Positions 60,632-64,000 of a stretch of 64,000 nucleotides of DNA are shown one piece after another. A program made the translations under genes and the position numbers. This DNA is from a virus (lineage: Duplodnaviria > Heunggongvirae > Uroviricota > Caudoviricetes). The notes below the pieces were generated by a model. It did not search any database. It was not told the DNA's origin and was given only the letters and a program-made list of their open reading frames with translations. Location of the stretch: positions 224,001-288,000 of IMG/VR virus record IMGVR_UViG_3300042256_000013; one strand, given 5' to 3'. Each line of letters begins with the position of its first letter. Position 1 is the first letter of the stretch.

Positions 60632-61210
60632 CTACTTCGAAGTTTTTTCTGTTCTCACAGCGAACAACCGTTCAATGTCATACATTGTAAGTTGTTTCTG
60701 CGAAGCTGTCAATGATATTGACCCTAATGTGTCAAGATCGCAGCTTTTAATTCCTACGCTCATAAATTCATCCAAGCACTGGAGTATATGAGGTGGAACG
60801 TATTCAACAAGTATAGAATGATATTTATCATCCGTCAAGGCAAAATTAAGCAAGGTTTGATCTACCTCACAAAATCCGTCCAGTACTGCCTGAGTAATTA
60901 TAGATTTAAACCACTCTTGATATTCAGGAACTTCAGGGTTAGATAATATTGTTGGTTCAATAGAATTCTGTACTGAAGTACTATATCCGATTACCAATTT
61001 AAGTTCATGTATCATGAATCTATTCAAATTTACATAGCGTTTATTTTTTATAATAATTTTCTGACAGTCATATAAGTATGCTAAAGCTGATGAATGTGTA
61101 TCAAAAACCTTTCCGTTAATGGAATTTACAACATCTCCATTAGCGGAAAGTATTTCTACAAATTGTCCAGTTTTTAGATCACGTATTTTGAAAACTGTAT
61201 CATTAATCAT
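60632..61210 (-). CDS. Hypothetical protein
   Basis: ORF coupled to upstream gene; FKIRDLKTGQF N-terminal motif common in phage proteins. Confidence 0.55.
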   Translation of the reverse strand: MINDTVFKIRDLKTGQFVEILSANGDVVNSINGKVFDTHSSALAYLYDCQKIIIKNKRYVNLNRFMIHELKLVIGYSTSVQNSIEPTILSNPEVPEYQEWFKSIITQAVLDGFCEVDQTLLNFALTDDKYHSILVEYVPPHILQCLDEFMSVGIKSCDLDTLGSISLTASQKQLTMYDIERLFAVRTEKTSK

Positions 61211-61628
61211 AGTAAGTTCTACCAATTGTAATGTGGAAATCACGATACACTGGTAAACCTAACTCACGACGAATATCAGATAACTCTGGACATTCAAAGT
61301 TGATTACATAGAAACTTCCACCCTGTTTCTTATCCTTAACTTCTTTTACATTAGGATAGAATCGGAATTTGAATTTCTGTTTGTGATACTTTTTCCACAA
61401 ATGAATATGCTCATCATCTGGTTTTTCTCCACGAATAATACTTACGTGAGCACCCCATGCTGGCATTTCAAGTTGAATGTGTTTTTCAGTTCGAACAAAG
61501 TACTGATAGTATCGTACCAAATCGTTTGGTAATTGAAGTACGCACCAGTACTGAGTTCGAGATTTCATGTCTTTCCGGTCAGGGTCGTATTCAATATACC
61601 CTTCCAGTTCGATATATTCAGTAGTCAT
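61203..61628 (-). CDS. 2H phosphoesterase family protein
   Basis: Two Hx[ST] motifs: AHVSII and FHITIG; RBS GAGG before ATG 61628. Confidence 0.75.
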   Translation of the reverse strand: MTTEYIELEGYIEYDPDRKDMKSRTQYWCVLQLPNDLVRYYQYFVRTEKHIQLEMPAWGAHVSIIRGEKPDDEHIHLWKKYHKQKFKFRFYPNVKEVKDKKQGGSFYVINFECPELSDIRRELGLPVYRDFHITIGRTYYD

Positions 61629-61653
61629 GATGCACCTCAAGTTAATTAAAATC

Positions 61654-61682
61654 AGTGTAGCACATCAGGTCTAAGCGGTCAA
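61654..61682 (-). promoter_or_regulatory. Sigma70-like promoter of 2H phosphoesterase gene
   Basis: TTGACC-N17-TACACT with TGTGC extension. Confidence 0.6.
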
Positions 61683-61683
61683 A

Positions 61684-61824
61684 TTAAAGACCGAAGATTT
61701 TTGCTACAGATAGAACAAACCCAGCAGCTACGATAGTGCCAAGTGTTGTGATGATTGGGTTAACGGCGAATGATGTTTTGTACATCATTACTAAGCCTAA
61801 GAAGTGATTTCGGATAGTTTTCAT
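61684..61824 (-). CDS. Small membrane protein (46 aa; not in ORF track)
   Basis: Hand translation MKTIRNHFLGLVMMYKTSFAVNPIITTLGTIVAAGFVLSVAKIFGL; RBS AAGGA. Confidence 0.6.
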   Translation of the reverse strand: MKTIRNHFLGLVMMYKTSFAVNPIITTLGTIVAAGFVLSVAKIFGL

Positions 61825-61842
61825 ATTAATTCCTTTTAAATG

Positions 61843-61868
61843 AAAAAGCCCCACCGAAGTGAGGCTTT
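61843..61868 (-). terminator. Intrinsic terminator
   Basis: AAAGCCCCAC-CGAA-GTGAGGCTTT (UUCG loop on minus strand). Confidence 0.8.
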
Positions 61869-61881
61869 GTAGTACTGGCTA

Positions 61882-63396
61882 TTAACCAAGTACTTGATAA
61901 CGTGGGGCATCGATTACGCGAAGCATAACCTGTACTGGATCTACTTCCTCACCGCTCAGAATTGCTTCCAGAACGCTTGGAGAGAAACCACTTACCAGAG
62001 CTACGTTATTCTGGTCGAAACGAACAGGGTTGTTACCCGGACGTGCGTTAAGGTTCCAGAAGACGATAGTTGGAAGTTCATAACCCGCTGCTGCGAAGTC
62101 TGCTTTCGCAGAGTTGTACGCCGTGGCGTTCCAACCACCCGCATTACTTGGGTTGAATTCCATATCAGACAGAACAATTAAGTTCTTAGGCATCTGATCT
62201 GCTGGTACTTGCTGAGCTTTCGCTACACGCAGTACTTCACGGAATGCCGCCTGAATGTTTGTGCTACCACCCCAGAACTGACCAGCACGATAGCCCATCA
62301 GATCACGGTACTTAGCAGCAATGTTAATACCTTGCAGTTCAAACATGCGTGGCTGAGTACTGAAGTTCAGGAACAAGTTCTTGAACGCACCTTCTTGCTT
62401 ATCAGCGATGTACAGACCCAAAGAAATCGCAACGTTCATACAGGTCATGCCTGTATTACCAGCAGGACAGTTCATTGAAGAACTGGTATCTACCATTGGG
62501 ATTGCTTTGTTGTCGCCCATGAAGTTACGCAACTGTTCCCATTGAGCAACGCCCAAAGTCTCAGCAGCAATACCGTTCGCCAAACGAGTTGTTACATCGT
62601 ATGGATACAGAGCACCAGCGTTTACCTTCACTTCACCTTTCTCGATTGAAGAAAGGAACTCGCGGTAACGAGCTTCATCACGCTTCATGAACGCAGGAAG
62701 ATAACGAGCACTCGCAACTGATGGAAGCTTGCTGTATTCGATTTCATCCCATTCGTTCGCACACATCTTCTGTTCAACAGTGTTGCTCAGAGATGACAGA
62801 AGCTTACGATAAGCACGTTCGTTGATGTTCATGGTGGTCATGATCTCACGAGCGATTTTGTTGTTCGCAGCACGATTTTTGTTCGCAGTAGTGTTCATAT
62901 CAATAACGCCAGAAGCGTTTTTCTTGAACTTGTATACACGTGGCAACCACTTAGCACACAATGCGTTACCAGCGGTCAACGCTTCAGAGATTGCCTGGTA
63001 AGCCAGAGTCTTTGCTGCTGCTGTTTTGAAGATCAACAGATCATCCCAGCGACCGAAGTCTGCCAGTACTGGAATCACACGCAGTACTGCATCAGGGTGC
63101 TTAACTTCAAGGTACTTCAAAAGTTCACGAGGGGTATTACGCTCACCCGCACCACCACGAATATCACGTGCCCAAAGAATCATCTGCAAAGCAAGCGTCG
63201 GGTTAGCTTCGTATGCTGCGTCAAATGAATTTTTATACACACCAAGATCTTTGCCACGCAAAGAACCGATCATGAAGAACAGATCGACCAATGGATTCAG
63301 CGTACTTTTCAGTGAAGCTGCACCATTTGCAGTGGTAGAACGGTTTTGTGATGCTGTAGTGTTTACGTTGTTTACTGCGTTTTTAAATGCTGACAT
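61882..63396 (-). CDS. DUF2828 / TROVE(Ro60)-like protein with vWA domain
   Basis: T.NGA, ARDIRGGAGER, GRWDDL, AKWLPR, VEQKMCA, VDTSSSM MIDAS, SDMEF, IVFWNL, VSGFS. Confidence 0.85.
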   Translation of the reverse strand: MSAFKNAVNNVNTTASQNRSTTANGAASLKSTLNPLVDLFFMIGSLRGKDLGVYKNSFDAAYEANPTLALQMILWARDIRGGAGERNTPRELLKYLEVKHPDAVLRVIPVLADFGRWDDLLIFKTAAAKTLAYQAISEALTAGNALCAKWLPRVYKFKKNASGVIDMNTTANKNRAANNKIAREIMTTMNINERAYRKLLSSLSNTVEQKMCANEWDEIEYSKLPSVASARYLPAFMKRDEARYREFLSSIEKGEVKVNAGALYPYDVTTRLANGIAAETLGVAQWEQLRNFMGDNKAIPMVDTSSSMNCPAGNTGMTCMNVAISLGLYIADKQEGAFKNLFLNFSTQPRMFELQGINIAAKYRDLMGYRAGQFWGGSTNIQAAFREVLRVAKAQQVPADQMPKNLIVLSDMEFNPSNAGGWNATAYNSAKADFAAAGYELPTIVFWNLNARPGNNPVRFDQNNVALVSGFSPSVLEAILSGEEVDPVQVMLRVIDAPRYQVLG

Positions 63397-63457
63397 TATA
63401 CTTTCCTTCTCAGAAATGGTTAAATTTTATTTGTTGACTCACTTCTCTAACTTTTGG

Positions 63458-63748
63458 TTAGTCGTCATCGTCCGAATCAGGAGCACGTTCACCAGGCAAC
63501 TCCAATGTATGGAACATACCAAATGATACTTCTACTGCTTTACCTGTTTTGCGATTGTAAGCGTAGCCTGAATCTGTTTTATAATTAGATTCATCATGCA
63601 TAACTTCATCAATCCAAACATGGCTTTCTGTCAAATGAACAACTTCAGCTTCATCACCTTGGGTAATGAAACCAGCACCGTGAAAGAAACGATTAACTGT
63701 ATCGCCGACTTTCAATGATGCCAAATACTCTTGCTTAGTCATAAGCAT
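63458..63748 (-). CDS. Hypothetical early protein
   Basis: 96 aa; GAGG RBS; promoter at 63767-63796. Confidence 0.6.
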   Translation of the reverse strand: MLMTKQEYLASLKVGDTVNRFFHGAGFITQGDEAEVVHLTESHVWIDEVMHDESNYKTDSGYAYNRKTGKAVEVSFGMFHTLELPGERAPDSDDDD

Positions 63749-63766
63749 TCCCTCTTAATGATTTAC

Positions 63767-63796
63767 ATTATACCACATTTCTATGGCCTGTTTCAA
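63767..63796 (-). promoter_or_regulatory. Sigma70-like promoter, extended -10
   Basis: TTGAAA-N18-TATAAT with TGTGG extension. Confidence 0.7.
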
Positions 63797-63808
63797 ATTT
63801 TTTCGCTT

Positions 63809-63835
63809 AAAAAGGCAACTTTTTTCAGTTGCCTA
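63809..63835 (-). terminator. Intrinsic terminator
   Basis: AGGCAACT/AGTTGCCT stem with A run. Confidence 0.7.
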
Positions 63836-63844
63836 TATAAAATG

Positions 63845-64000
63845 TTAACTTTTAGTTGTGTCTGTAAAAGTTTTACATTCAGGTTTAAATGGAGCCATCA
63901 CTTTATTACCATAATCAGGAGAAAATGGACTTGGCATTTTTTCATTCGCAACAACATTAATCATGTGACTTTTTACTTGCTCACAAATATTAGCATTAGG
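63845..64000 (-). CDS. 3' end of a hypothetical CDS running off the window
   Basis: Open frame ...PNANICEQVKSH...TTKS* followed by terminator hairpin. Confidence 0.45.
   Translation of the reverse strand, partial: PNANICEQVKSHMINVVANEKMPSPFSPDYGNKVMAPFKPECKTFTDTTKS

Noticed and set aside
61640-61880. Possible Y-RNA or tRNA-like ncRNA next to the TROVE-like gene
   Set aside because: Space is explained by a terminator, a 46-aa membrane ORF and a promoter; no T-arm or Y-RNA stem seen. An Infernal search would settle it.

Overview
AT-rich, gene-dense 64 kb segment of a T4-related jumbo myovirus genome. The gene set and order suggest the Rak2/GAP32/PBECO4-like enterobacterial phages (inference, no search run). 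1-33.7 kb is mostly + strand virion genes: baseplate hub/lysozymes, gp25- and gp6-like wedges, a 3339-aa baseplate protein, neck and tail terminator, collagen-like and beta-repeat fibres, interrupted by a minus-strand clpA. 33.7-64 kb is minus strand: thyA, SLOG, MazG-like, MoxR/vWA pair, acidic internal-head-like proteins, head completion nuclease, four tail-tube paralogs, sheath, dNMP kinase, neck. It ends in an accessory block rich in translation/RNA-maintenance and nucleotide-signal enzymes (Pth2-like, Sm-like, macrodomain, YqeY, glutaredoxin, Nudix, CCA enzyme, HNH, HPF, LysM-lysozyme, 2H phosphoesterase, TROVE-like vWA). I saw no tRNA, rRNA, CRISPR array, integrase or reverse transcriptase. 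The strongest signals not explained by gene calls are four: (1) window-wide over-representation of the palindrome AGTACT in all reading frames; (2) at least six late genes whose RBS pairs with a sequence overlapping or just upstream of their own late promoter; (3) a two-state hairpin leader ahead of the LysM-lysozyme; (4) three adjacent small proteins sharing an [TS]FWxxL[IV]xxD[IL] motif. All counts are by eye and all function calls come from motif recognition only.
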